A DNA stretch of 64,000 nucleotides from positions 7,006,001 to 7,070,000 of the forward strand of contig OX597843.1 in the NCBI GenBank assembly GCA_951406725.2. The letters run 5' to 3'. The notes under the pieces were generated by a model. It had not been told where the DNA came from. It ran no database searches and saw nothing but the letters and a program-made list of their open reading frames with translations. This document shows, piece by piece, positions 1 to 10,106 of this stretch. Positions within the stretch are counted from its first letter, which is position 1, and each line of letters begins with the position of its first letter. This DNA comes from Octopus vulgaris (Eukaryota). Made by a program: the position numbers and the translations under genes.

Positions 1-338
1 GTATGGCAGGTTTGGTAGCCTTCAACTAACACTATCTCCTCCGAGACCCTACGGTGCAAGTTGACCAAAATTGAGAGTATGATAGAAGAAGGCTTGCTCT
101 TCCTTCTGTAGAAATTCAAATTGGACCATATTAACATCAAAAAGGTGCTTTTTTTCTATAAAAATCCCTATTCTTTACGATTTTTTCACTGCTGTGTCGC
201 CACTTTTCGGTGTATTTCAACCAGAAAAATGTTCACTTAAAGAGAATAACAAGCTACATAATGCAAAATTTTTACTTTTCAAAAATTCCAATTCTAAAGG
301 GTCGAAACAAACCCGATCAACGCCAGGCTATACTGCTC
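1..338 (+). mobile_element. Non-autonomous Helitron-like repeat (5' end lies outside the window)
   Basis: Same family recurs at 7529-7872 (+) and 42535-42934 (-). The family starts TCTCTATATATAAAGCTGAAG and ends ...GATACTGCTAG with no TIRs. Confidence 0.55.
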
Positions 339-344
339 TACCTT

Positions 345-665
345 CTAGGGGAGTTTAACGCTTGCGTGGGATCTGACCATGATACGTGGCCCATTTGTGT
401 GGACACTTTGGTATTGGCAACATGAATGACAATGGTCAGAGACTACTTGAATTTTACACATACCATAACCTGTGCATCACAAACACATTCTTTGCCAACA
501 AGCCATCCCACAAGGCATCTTGGAGACATCCAAGATCTCACCACTGGCATCAGCTGGATGCTAACATTATACGGAGATCCTTTCTGAATTCTGTGCAACT
601 GACCCGCAGCGCGGATTGTGACACAGATCACTTACTAATTAGAAGTAGGGTGAGGATTCTGCCTA
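345..665 (+). mobile_element. RTE-clade LINE endonuclease fragment
   Basis: LLGEFNACVG, NDNGQRLLEF, LCITNTFF, SWRHPRSHHWHQLD and ADCDTDH are APE endonuclease motifs typical of RTE elements; frameshifted. Confidence 0.85.
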
Positions 666-690
666 TTATATATATATATATATATATATA

Positions 691-1072
691 GGTGCAGGAG
701 TGGCTGTGTGGTAAGTAGCTTGCTTACCAACCACATGGTTCCGGGTTCAGTCCCACTGCGTGGCACCTTGGGCAAGTGTCTTCTACTATAGCCTCGGGCC
801 GACCAAAGCCTTGTGAGTGGATTAGCCTCGGGCCGACCAAAGCCTTGTGAGTGGATTTGATTAACGGAAACTGAAAGAAGCCCGTCGTATATATATATGC
901 GTGTGTGTCTGTGTTTGTTCCCCCAACACCGCTTGGTGTGTTTATGTCCCCGTTACTTAGCGGTTAGGCAAAAGAGACCGATAGAATAAGTACTGGGCTT
1001 ACAAAAGAATAAGTCCCGGGGTCGCGGTGCTCCAGCATGGCCGCAGTCAAATGACTGAAACTAGTAAAAGAA
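691..1072 (+). mobile_element. tRNA-derived SINE, family A (most abundant in window)
   Basis: Head GGAGTGGCTGTGTGGTAAG...GGTTCAGTCCC (A/B boxes), internal (TA/TG)n, tail GGTGCTCCAGCATGGCCGCAGTC; more than 15 copies in the window. Confidence 0.9.
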
Positions 1073-1399
1073 TATATAGGCTGCAGGTAACCTTACGCCT
1101 AAAACAACAAATGTCTGAAGTGTGTCACTTATCGGAATTGAACCCAGAACCTCATTGTAACACAGACTTCTTAACCAAACATCTATTACCCCCATTTATC
1201 ATTCCCTTCCACCCGTAATACCCTTTCTCCATCCCAGCAGCTTAAACTCCAAAGTCGCCAATTCTTCTGGTTAACAGTTCAGCAGGAGTTATCTCCCCTG
1301 CATTCTAATTTTTATTGATTGAATCTCCTGAGATTCTTGTCTGCAGGGCTCAGGTGGCCCCTCGACTGGTCAAAGGGACGTCTATAGCTGATGCCTCAA

Positions 1400-1462
1400 T
1401 GGGAAGTGAACAGTGCATGGGTGAGATACATGCTTGCGTGTGTATAGAGGGGAGAATATCAG
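1400..1462 (-). mobile_element. CR1-like LINE 3' UTR fragment, inverted relative to 1680-2062
   Basis: Reverse complement resembles 1988-2045 (CCTGATCTTCTC...ACTGTTCACTTCCC). Confidence 0.65.
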
Positions 1463-1463
1463 G

Positions 1464-1613
1464 GCACTAGTTAAGAAGAATGGTCCCGGTGCTCGCGCTA
1501 GCTAGTCGTGACTAGTCGATCCTACAACGACTAGCAAAGTAAGGATCGACTAGCGAGCGCCGATGCGCCCCTACGCGTGTGGGCGCACCGGGACCACTGT
1601 TCTTAAGTAGTAC
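1464..1613. other. GC/CpG-rich foldback with nested or pseudoknotted inner stems (identity unknown)
   Basis: Outer arms GCACTAGTTAAGAA..TGGTCCCGGTGC / GCACCGGGACCA..TTCTTAAGTAGTAC. Inner pairs GCTAGTCGT/ACGACTAGC and CTAGTCGATCCT/AGGATCGACTAG. Side hairpin TGCGCCC/GGGCGCA. Confidence 0.7.
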
Positions 1614-1679
1614 GAAAATCAATCTTCTTGGAAACCGTTGAGAAAGGTGCAGCCAGGCGAATCCCCAGCAGCAGGCAAC

Positions 1680-2062
1680 CACCTTACTCTGAAGGCCTTG
1701 CTTTCCGGGGCCTGGACATGTTAAAGCTCCAACATTTGGCAACTGAATTGGTAAACTCCCACAAGATTATCCACAACCTGGGGAAACCTTTTCCAATTCC
1801 GTCTGTCGGACACTCCAGGACATCCTCACAAAATATAAGTCAGAAAACAGCACAGCTCCTTCCATGACTTTCGGAAACATTTTTTCACGCTGAGAGTTGC
1901 TGAAGCATGGAACAAACTGCCGGCATCAGTTGTTGGTTGTCGGAGCAGTGCATCCTTGAAAACTTCCTGAGATTCGCCAACACTACACCTGATCTTCTCT
2001 GTACACAAGCAAGCATCTATCTGACTCATACACTGTTCACTTCCCAGACATTTCTACAAATT
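1680..2062 (+). mobile_element. CR1-like LINE 3' fragment
   Basis: Encodes a degenerate ORF2 C-terminus (FRKHFFTLRVAEAWNKLPASVV); second copy inverted at 6887-7190. Confidence 0.8.
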
Positions 2063-2631
2063 ACCGGAATTCAATGTGAAAAGAATATATCGTTGGGTAA
2101 GTCTACACTAACACATATCGTTTTTATTGAATCGATCTATTGCATTTCAATCTGTTTTAGGATATCTTTTTTCTTCACAAATCTAAATAAACCGAGGGAC
2201 ATATTCAGAATGTTATTTACCTAAATGGACGTAATGGTTAAAATTGACGAAATATGTTAGAACATATGGAATTTTCTCAATAAAACCAAGAAAAAATGAT
2301 GTTTTATAAACATATTCTACCAGTATAGGAAGTTTAAAAGTGTTTGGTTAACTAGAAGATATCCTGTAGCATATACATATTTACGTAGGTATGTATGTAT
2401 ATAATTATATTATATATGTATATATTTATATTATATGTGTGGATGCAAAAGCATTCTGCTTTGAATAGAAGTGAAAGCAAAACTGGGTTGAAAAAAAAAA
2501 ACATTTTGAGAGAGAAAGTTAAAGAATGTTGTGGGCATAATGGTAGAATGTCTAAAAGCGACGAAGGACAGCCCTGAATTTTTCTTCTTTTTTTTAAACT
2601 TAAATAAGTTAATTTTACACAATTTTTTCAT

Positions 2632-2789
2632 GGCGACAGGTGGCTGGGATGTTAGCGCGTCGGACGAAATGCTTAGGTGTACTTCGTCCGACGTGACTGT
2701 CTGGGGGTTCGTTTCCCCGGATAGTCGCTCGGTCTGAGTACATCTAAGTATTTCTTTCGGCGCACTAATTGGCAAACCTGCCGCCTTTT
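2632..2789 (+). ncRNA. Candidate Pol III tRNA/SINE-headed long hairpin RNA, copy 1
   Basis: Starts GGCGACAGG; A-box-like TGGCTGGGATGTTAG; B-box-like GGTTCGTTTCC; ends ACCTGCCGCC-TTTT. The 5' and 3' halves are complementary over the full length, with mismatches mostly G-U on the + strand. TAAATA at about -30. Confidence 0.65.
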
Positions 2790-2837
2790 CAATCAGTTTT
2801 GCATGTGACCTAGTTATTTGACCCGGTTTATCGACCA

Positions 2838-2916
2838 CCTGTGCGCGCCCGCGCGCAGTCGCGTGTCCGCGCTAGCTGGGGCGCGTATGCAAATGAGTTG
2901 GTATGGCACATGCGCG
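2838..2916. promoter_or_regulatory. CpG-rich patch with a perfect octamer downstream of the hairpin gene
   Basis: TGCGCGCCCGCGCGCA foldback and ATGCAAAT at 2887-2894; repeated at 5665-5743. Confidence 0.4.
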
Positions 2917-4636
2917 AAGATAAGATATCTCATAAAGGAATTAATGGGTGTCCATCACTGTTATACGTATGTAATATAATTTTTCTATTGGTTTTAAGTT
3001 GATATTAATTAATACATATTTAACTTTTCATTCTTATTATTTAAGACCGATGATAAAAGTTCTTTCTATTTCTTACTAAAACCTTAAAAAATTGTTTCTA
3101 TCGTTCACACCTTTTATTTGGAATTTATTTCTCTTTCGAATGAAGACAATAAGCATTTTTATACAGTTTGAAGAATTCTATCTATATATAGGGTGGAAGA
3201 AAAGGGTTTCTCTTATCTTCAGAAATGTAAACAAATTCACGTGTGTACTTATACCGAAGGATCGTATTCTACACACTCAGAAAATGTTCTGTTTCCTGAC
3301 AAATACTCATTTTTCTGGACGTTATGAGGAAAGGAAACTGACGCGTGTTAATTAATGAATGTCTGCTTTCCACGGGGATGGTCACATTTGGCCATTAAAC
3401 ACACGCATTGTACATTTGATCTTCACTTCAGCTATATTGTAATTACTTTAATTTCTTTCTTCAAATTCCGTCGACTTTGCCTTTCATCCTTTTGGGGGTC
3501 GGTGGAATCAACAATTGCCCTCCCCACGAATTTCAGGCCTCTGCCTTTAGTAGAAAGGATTCTTAATTTAATTTGTTTTTTAATCATACGTGGGATAAAG
3601 AGTCGTTGAAGGGGTCACGAATGAATTGAAAACCACCGTAACGATAAAAGCTGAAGTGACCAGCAAATGTACGGTGCGTGGGTTTAATTAGCAAAATCTG
3701 GAACTTTTAGAGTTATTCCCCTGCAACCACATTCGATGACTGCTTTCTCCCCCCCCCCCCCGACATATATACGATTCAGCAGAATGCTTTTATACTTATA
3801 TATTATTCAAAGAAATTCCAACTCTGTTTTATTTATATTCTTTATAATATTAATGTAGAATATATAGCATAAGTATTGAGTATCAAATATTAAGGGACTA
3901 GTATACATTCTTGCATATAGGCCCCAGGTATTGACAGGAGTGTTTCAACTATTTATATATATATATGTATCCTATTCCATTCTTTGTTTCTATATCTAGG
4001 GCAGGTACCACTGGTATCATTACGAATAATGTTATCTAATTTCTTTCTAGCCCCCTTCCCCCCCTATATACCCGAACCCTATCGTTCTGATCATAGCCAG
4101 AGAACTGCATGTGGTGTATGAAGTTCTGTATATGTTTTTTCCATTTCATAGGGTTCATATAGTGGGGACACATTGTTCATTATTCTAATTAAGTCTGCTA
4201 TCAATATATTAATTTTCAGGCGTCCTGTCTACATATTCTTTGTAATTGTTTTGGATGTATGGTTCCAGGTTCAGTCCCACTATGTGGCACCTTAGGCGAT
4301 TGTCTTCTTTATTCATTATATTGGCCATAAAGGCATTATATAGAAGGGAAGCTGTGGGCTGGACATAGACAATGTTATATGATGATAAATAAGGGCAATA
4401 AGCGACCCCGCCGATCGCTGCTTACCTGAGAACATTGATCTTTTATAATTTCATTCATGGGGCTTCAAACCTCTTTCATTATTCAAAATGTGGCACTAAG
4501 CCTCTTTATTATTAACTTTCATGCCCGACCAGGCTCCTTGCCTCATTCGAGCACCAGGACGGTGCCAACTCAGGCAAGTGTCTTCTGCTTTACCCACGGG
4601 CTGACGAAAGTCTAGTGAGTAGAAAGAAGTTGATAT

Positions 4637-4910
4637 AGGCACAGGAGTGGTAAGTAGCTTGCTTCCCAACCACATGGCTCCAGGTTCAGTCCCACTGCAT
4701 GGCACCTTGGGCAAGTGTCTTCTAATATAGCCTCAGGCCAACCAAAGCCTTGTGAGTGGATTTAGTAGACGGAAACTGAAAGAAGCCCGTCGTATGTATG
4801 TGTGTTTGTCCCCCCAAACATCACTTGACAACCGATGTTGGTGTGTTTACGTCCCCGTAACTTAGTGGTTCGGCAAAAAAAAAAACCCCGACAGAATAAG
4901 TCCTGGGGTT
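4637..4910 (+). mobile_element. SINE family A, 3' truncated
   Basis: Homologous to 691-1072. Confidence 0.85.
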
Positions 4911-5329
4911 CATCACAACTACACATTCTTTTAATAAAAAATTTAATCAAAATTACGTCAATGTATTTTGTTTTGCAAGGTTCCTGATGGGAAATCGTGT
5001 GTCGAAACAGATATTGTTATATTTTGGGACGGTCAATTTGTTCTTGTTAAATCAACACACGCACTGTACATTCGCTCTTCACTTCAGATTGATTGTAGTT
5101 CTCATTTTATGTCCTTTGCCTGGAAATCTTTCGTCACACAATCTGTAACTCTTTCAGGGGGAGAGTCGCTGAAGAGGTCACAGGGTGTGTGACGAAAGAA
5201 TTATCAGACAATGGTCATAAAATAAGAACAACAATCTGATGTGAAGAACGAATGTATAGCGATTGAGTTTATTTGGCAAAAAGAAATTGTGAGGTGGGGG
5301 CTTCCCGAAATATTACGATTTTATCAAAT

Positions 5330-6562
5330 TTTTTGAGAGAAAAAGTTAAAGAATGTTGTGGGCATAATGGTAGAATGTCTAAAAGCGACGAAGGACAGCC
5401 CTGAATTTTTCTTCTTTTTTTTAAACTTAAATAAGTTAATTTTACACAATTTTTTCATGGCGACAGGTGGCTGGGATGTTAGCGCGTCGGACGAAATGCT
5501 TAGGTGTACTTCGTCCGACGTGACTGTCTGGGGGTTCGTTTCCCCGGATAGTCGCTCGGTCTGAGTACATCTAAGTATTTCTTTCGGCGCACTAATTGGC
5601 AAACCTGCCGCCTTTTCAATCAGTTTTGCATGTGACCTAGTTATTTGACCCGGTTTATCGACCACCTGTGCGCGCCCGCGCGCAGTCGCGTGTCCGCGCT
5701 AGCTGGGGCGCGTATGCAAATGAGTTGGTATGGCACATGCGCGAAGATAAGATATCTCATAAAGGAATTAATGGGTGTCCATCACTGTTATACGTATGTA
5801 ATATAATTTTTCTATTGGTTTTAAGTTGATATTAATTAATACATATTTAACTTTTCATTCTTATTATTTAAGACCGATGATAAAAGTTCTTTCTATTTCT
5901 TACTAAAACCTTAAAAAATTGTTTCTATCGTTCACACCTTTTATTTGGAATTTATTTCTCTTTCGAATGAAGACAATAAGCATTTTTATACAGTTTGAAG
6001 AATTCTATCTATATATAGGGTGGAAGAAAAGGGTTTCTCTTATCTTCAGAAATGTAAACAAATTCACGTGTGTACTTATACCGAAGGATCGTATTCTACA
6101 CACTCAGAAAATGTTCTGTTTCCTGACAAATACTCATTTTTCTGGACGTTATGAGGAAAGGAAACTGACGCGTGTTAATTAATGAATGTCTGCTTTCCAC
6201 GGGGATGGTCACATTTGGCCATTAAACACACGCATTGTACATTTGATCTTCACTTCAGCTATATTGTAATTACTTTAATTTCTTTCTTCAAATTCCGTCG
6301 ACTTTGCCTTCCATCCTTTTGGGGTCGGTGGAATCAACAATTGCCCTCCCCACGAATTTCAGGCCTTTAGTAGAAAGGATTCCTAATTTAATTTGTTTGT
6401 CAAAGTTTTTTAATCATACGTGGGATAAAGAGTCGTTGAAGGGGTCACGAATGAATTGAAAACCACCGTAACGATAGAAGCTGAAGTGACCAGCAAATGT
6501 CTGGTGCGTGGATTTAATTAGCAAAATCTGGAACTTTTAGAGTTATTCCCCTGCAACCACAT
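5330..6562 (+). repeat. Recent ~1.23-kb duplication, copy 2
   Basis: Near-identical to 2503-3732. Confidence 0.95.
5459..5616 (+). ncRNA. Candidate Pol III tRNA/SINE-headed long hairpin RNA, copy 2
   Basis: Identical by eye to 2632-2789. Confidence 0.65.
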
Positions 6563-6568
6563 CCGAAG

Positions 6569-6601
6569 ATTGGTTGTAATGACTAAGAGGAAGTGACGTC
6601 A
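6569..6601 (+). promoter_or_regulatory. CCAAT + CRE/ATF promoter-like module 1
   Basis: ATTGGTTG-N17-TGACGTCA; the same spacing recurs at 8711-8743. Confidence 0.5.
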
Positions 6602-6886
6602 GAGACAGTGCCGAAAACTGAAACAAACATTTTTTTTTTTCATAGGAAGGAAATCTGTTGCTCGCAGAACTTCCTTCTTGGTACGTTACATTTAATTATG
6701 TTTTTAAGTAGAAGTTTCGTTTGTATTGGTGGCAGAGATGGAGCCAGACTGGTGAACAAAGGAAATATATATATTAAGCTGTCAATGGGCAATATGTGGC
6801 CTGACTCGGCCTCCCAACCAAAAGTTATGAGGTAAGACCATTACGTTTTATTGTACATACACATATATATAATAATGAAATCATTA

Positions 6887-7190
6887 TACAGTGCTCAGGT
6901 GCCCCACAACTTGTGAAAAGTGCGTATAAAGCATCTGCAGTGATGCAGAAATGTCTGTGAAGTGAACAGTGTATGAGCCAGATAGATGCTTGCTTGTGTG
7001 TATGGAGGGGAGAAGATCAGGTGTAGTGTTGGCGAATCTCAGGAAGTTTTGAAGGATGCACTGCTCCAACAACTGATGCCGGCAGTTTGTTCCATGCTTC
7101 AGCAACTCTGAGCGTGAAAAAAATGTTTCCGAAAGTCATGGAAGGAGCTGTGCTGTTTTCTGACTTTGTAAACATGTCCACGAGTGCGGA
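6887..7190 (-). mobile_element. CR1-like LINE 3' fragment
   Basis: FFTLRVAEAWNKLPASVV on the minus strand; homologous to 1790-2062. Confidence 0.8.
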
Positions 7191-7528
7191 CATATATGTG
7201 TGTGCATATATATATACAAACATATACACTAATAAGGTGTATGTTTATTTATTTATGTGTGTGTGTGTATAAATAGCTTTAGATAAAATATCTAATTATA
7301 CCAGTTTATCATTGGGATGTTACTCCAAATTCTTCTTAGCAATAATCTCTATGCATTCCTTTTAAATACTAATTTAGGAACCTACAAGTGTGTCTGAATA
7401 TTTACAACTCGTATATTTTGGTGGGTTAAAATACATCTAAACATTAGCCCCGTCGTTCCCACAAGAGCCAGAATAACACCCATTGTAACTATAATAAATT
7501 CATGTGGTTTTTAAGTTTTACAACTTAA

Positions 7529-7872
7529 TCTCTCTCTATATATAAAGCTGAAGTTGTCTGTGTATGGCAGCCTTCTACTAACACTATCTCCTACGAGACC
7601 CTGCGGCACAAGTTGACCAAAATTGAGAGTATCATAGAAGAAGGCTTGCTCTTCTTTCCGTACATTATAAAATTCAAATCGGACCATGTTAACATCAAAA
7701 GGTGGGGGGGGGGTCTATGAAAATCCCTATTTTTTAACTGCTGTGTCACCAATTTTCGGTGTATTTTTACCAGTAAAATGTTCACTTAAAGAGAATAACA
7801 AGCTACATGATGCAAAATTTTTACTTTTCAAAAATTCCAAAGGGTCGAAACAAACCTGAGCGATACTGCTAA
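7529..7872 (+). mobile_element. Non-autonomous Helitron-like repeat
   Basis: Homologous to 1-338 and 42535-42934; 5' TC start, degenerate CTAR end. Confidence 0.55.
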
Positions 7873-8256
7873 TAACCTGATATAATTGCAGTACAACATA
7901 TAGTTGATTTCCTTTCCTAAGCTATACCTGTATCGAAACATATCCCTTCAGTAATTTCCGTAAAATCTTATTTCAATTTTTTTTCAGTTTCATTGCTTAT
8001 GTATTTTTTTTGTGTAAGTACTGTATATGAATGTGTATTTGTATACGCGTATGCACAAATATGCGTGTGTGTACGCATTCATACACAAAAATAGATACAG
8101 CCACATAAACACATACATTAGATCTTTTCGCTTTGACCGGCAGATTTTAAACATAATTTCTTTGTAACTAAACACTTTTAAACTTCGTATCCTGGTAGAA
8201 TGTGTTTATAAAACATCTTTTTATCTTGGCTTTATTGGGAAAATTCTATAGTTTTT

Positions 8257-8590
8257 CTCACTTACTTGTTTCAGTCATTTGACTGTGGCCATGCTGGAGC
8301 ACCGCCTTTAGTCGAGGAAATTGACACCAGGACTTATTCTTTGTAAGCCTAGTACTTATTCTATCGGTCTCTTTTGCCGAACCGCTAAGTTACGGGGACG
8401 TAAACACACCAGCGATGTTGGTGGGGACAAACACAACACACATATATATACAACGGGCTTCTTTCAGTTTCCGTCTACCAAATCCACTCACAAGGCTTTG
8501 ATTGGCCCGAGGCTATAGTAGAAGACACTTGCCCAAGGTGCCACGCAGTGGGACTGAACCCGAAACCATGTGGTTCCTAAGCAAGCTACT
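8257..8590 (-). mobile_element. SINE family A
   Basis: Reverse complement of the 691-1072 family. Confidence 0.85.
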
Positions 8591-8710
8591 TTGTTGTTTA
8601 ATTTCTATACATATACTTATATACAAACTGAAAACAAATGCATACGCGCGCGCACACAATATTGTCATAGCAACCGTTACACAGATATCTGACGTCGATT
8701 CTTTAATATT

Positions 8711-8743
8711 ATTGGTTGAAATTGAAAAGCGGTAGTGACGTCA
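8711..8743 (+). promoter_or_regulatory. CCAAT + CRE/ATF promoter-like module 2
   Basis: ATTGGTTG-N17-TGACGTCA, plus an extra TGACGTC at 8690-8696 and a CCAAT at 8749-8753. Confidence 0.5.
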
Positions 8744-8782
8744 GGCGACCAATGACTGCGCCTGTAAAACATTCTTTTCTCT

Positions 8783-8846
8783 GGCGGTAGGAAATATTCA
8801 GGGTTCGATCCTAGTCTACCGTACCCCCGACAGACCTGATTTTTTT
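8783..8846 (+). ncRNA. Candidate short Pol III RNA (acceptor-stem/T-arm minihelix)
   Basis: GCGGTAG/CTACCGT stem enclosing AGG-GTTCGAT-CCT (B box/T arm), ending in T7; CRE at -47 to -40. Confidence 0.35.
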
Positions 8847-10100
8847 CTGTTTGTTTGAATAAGGAACAAGTAGTTCTTTCTCTTCTTCTTTGTCGATGTT
8901 CTGACAAAGCCAGGAAGCATTTTTCTAGGTGAGGCCATAACATTATTATTCATCTCTTCCCAACACAACTTACTTTGGTGAGGAATAGAACATGTCCCGG
9001 TTTCTTTCCTTTTTCCCATTTTATAAATATCCTACATTCTAAAGCATGAAATTCGCATTTTATATTTCATCTCTTGGCGATCCTTCGGTATAGGTATCGT
9101 AAGTGGATTTGTTTACATTTCTGAAGATAACAGAAACCCTTTCTACTAATTTTGCATCGACCCAAAAAGCATGAAAGGAAAAGTGAACCTCGCGCTGAGT
9201 TTGAGCTCAGAACGTAGTGACGGGTGAAACACCGCTAAGCATTTCGTCCAGCTCGCCACCCTATTAATGATAGTGCTAAGACCATAGGGGGTCTACTTCT
9301 GGCATATTGGTGTCCACTTAGTGGTCATCGCTCTTATATGTATGTAATATAATTTTTCTGAATCTTCAGATTTCTCTGTATGCTACACCACTGGTTTTTA
9401 ATTGATATTAATCAAATAAATATTTAATTTATTATTTAAGACCGATGATAAAAGTTCTTTCTATTTCTTACAAAATATTCTGTTACTAACACCATACAAA
9501 TTGTTTTTATCGTTCACACCTTATGCAGAATATAACCATTTTTATACAGCTTGAAGAATTCTAATGCTAAATTAATATAAAGGTTTTAAACTTACTGGCA
9601 AAATTAGTTTAAGAACATGTATGCAAATTATTTTGCCAAAATGGGTGATCACATTTGTTTTGGGTTTTTTCTTTTCGTTGTCAGAAAAAAACAAGTTCGT
9701 TTGTATGTTTTCGTTTCTCGTTATTTTCATGTTCTGTACCCATATATGTATGTATATATTTGAACGTGGAACACCGATGAGCATTTCGTCCAGCTCGCCA
9801 CCCTTATTCATCATCGTTTAACGTCCGTTTTTGCGTGCTAGCACGGGTTGGACCGGGGTCTGGGAAGACTGGAGGCTGCTCCAGTCTGATCTGGCAGTGT
9901 TTCTACAGCTGGATGCTCTTCCTAACGCCAACCACTCTGTGAGTGTAGTGTGTGCTTTTTACGTGCCAGGGGAGTCTGGCAGCGCCCACGATCGGTTGGT
10001 GCTTTTTACTTGCCACCGGCACAGAATCCAGTGAAGGCGGCGCTGGAATTAATGATAACAATGACACAAGTTATGATATGACTAGTTGTTTGGGAAGTTT

Positions 10101-10106
10101 TTTATT
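10101..10106 (-). terminator. Candidate polyadenylation signal of the CBFA2T gene
   Basis: AATAAA on the minus strand at the edge of a ~2.4-kb SINE-poor stretch downstream of the stop codon; alternative AATAAA sites exist nearer the stop. Confidence 0.3.

Larger units (their letters stand above)
2503..3732 (+). repeat. Recent ~1.23-kb duplication, copy 1
   Basis: Near-identical to 5330-6562 (offset 2827 bp); differences are concentrated in the last ~250 bp. Confidence 0.95.

Noticed and set aside
1464-1613. Telomerase RNA or hAT MITE identity for the pseudoknot element
   Set aside because: No CTAACCCT-type template or U-rich triple-helix loop, and no 8-bp direct TSD (the flanks are inverted, not direct).
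2632-2729. Functional tRNA gene
   Set aside because: The anticodon arm is replaced by a 13-bp stem with a 14-nt loop, the T loop is non-canonical (TTCGTTT), and an antisense trailer follows.
2431-2838. 135-aa minus ORF and 68-aa plus ORF over the hairpin unit (also at 5324-5665)
   Set aside because: No recognisable domain, they run through poly-A/T tracts, and they recur only because of the duplication; the RNA-structure signal explains the sequence better.
4983-5025. Hammerhead-like CTGATGG...GAAAC
   Set aside because: The core is mutated (CUGAUGG) and stems I and II are not convincingly paired.
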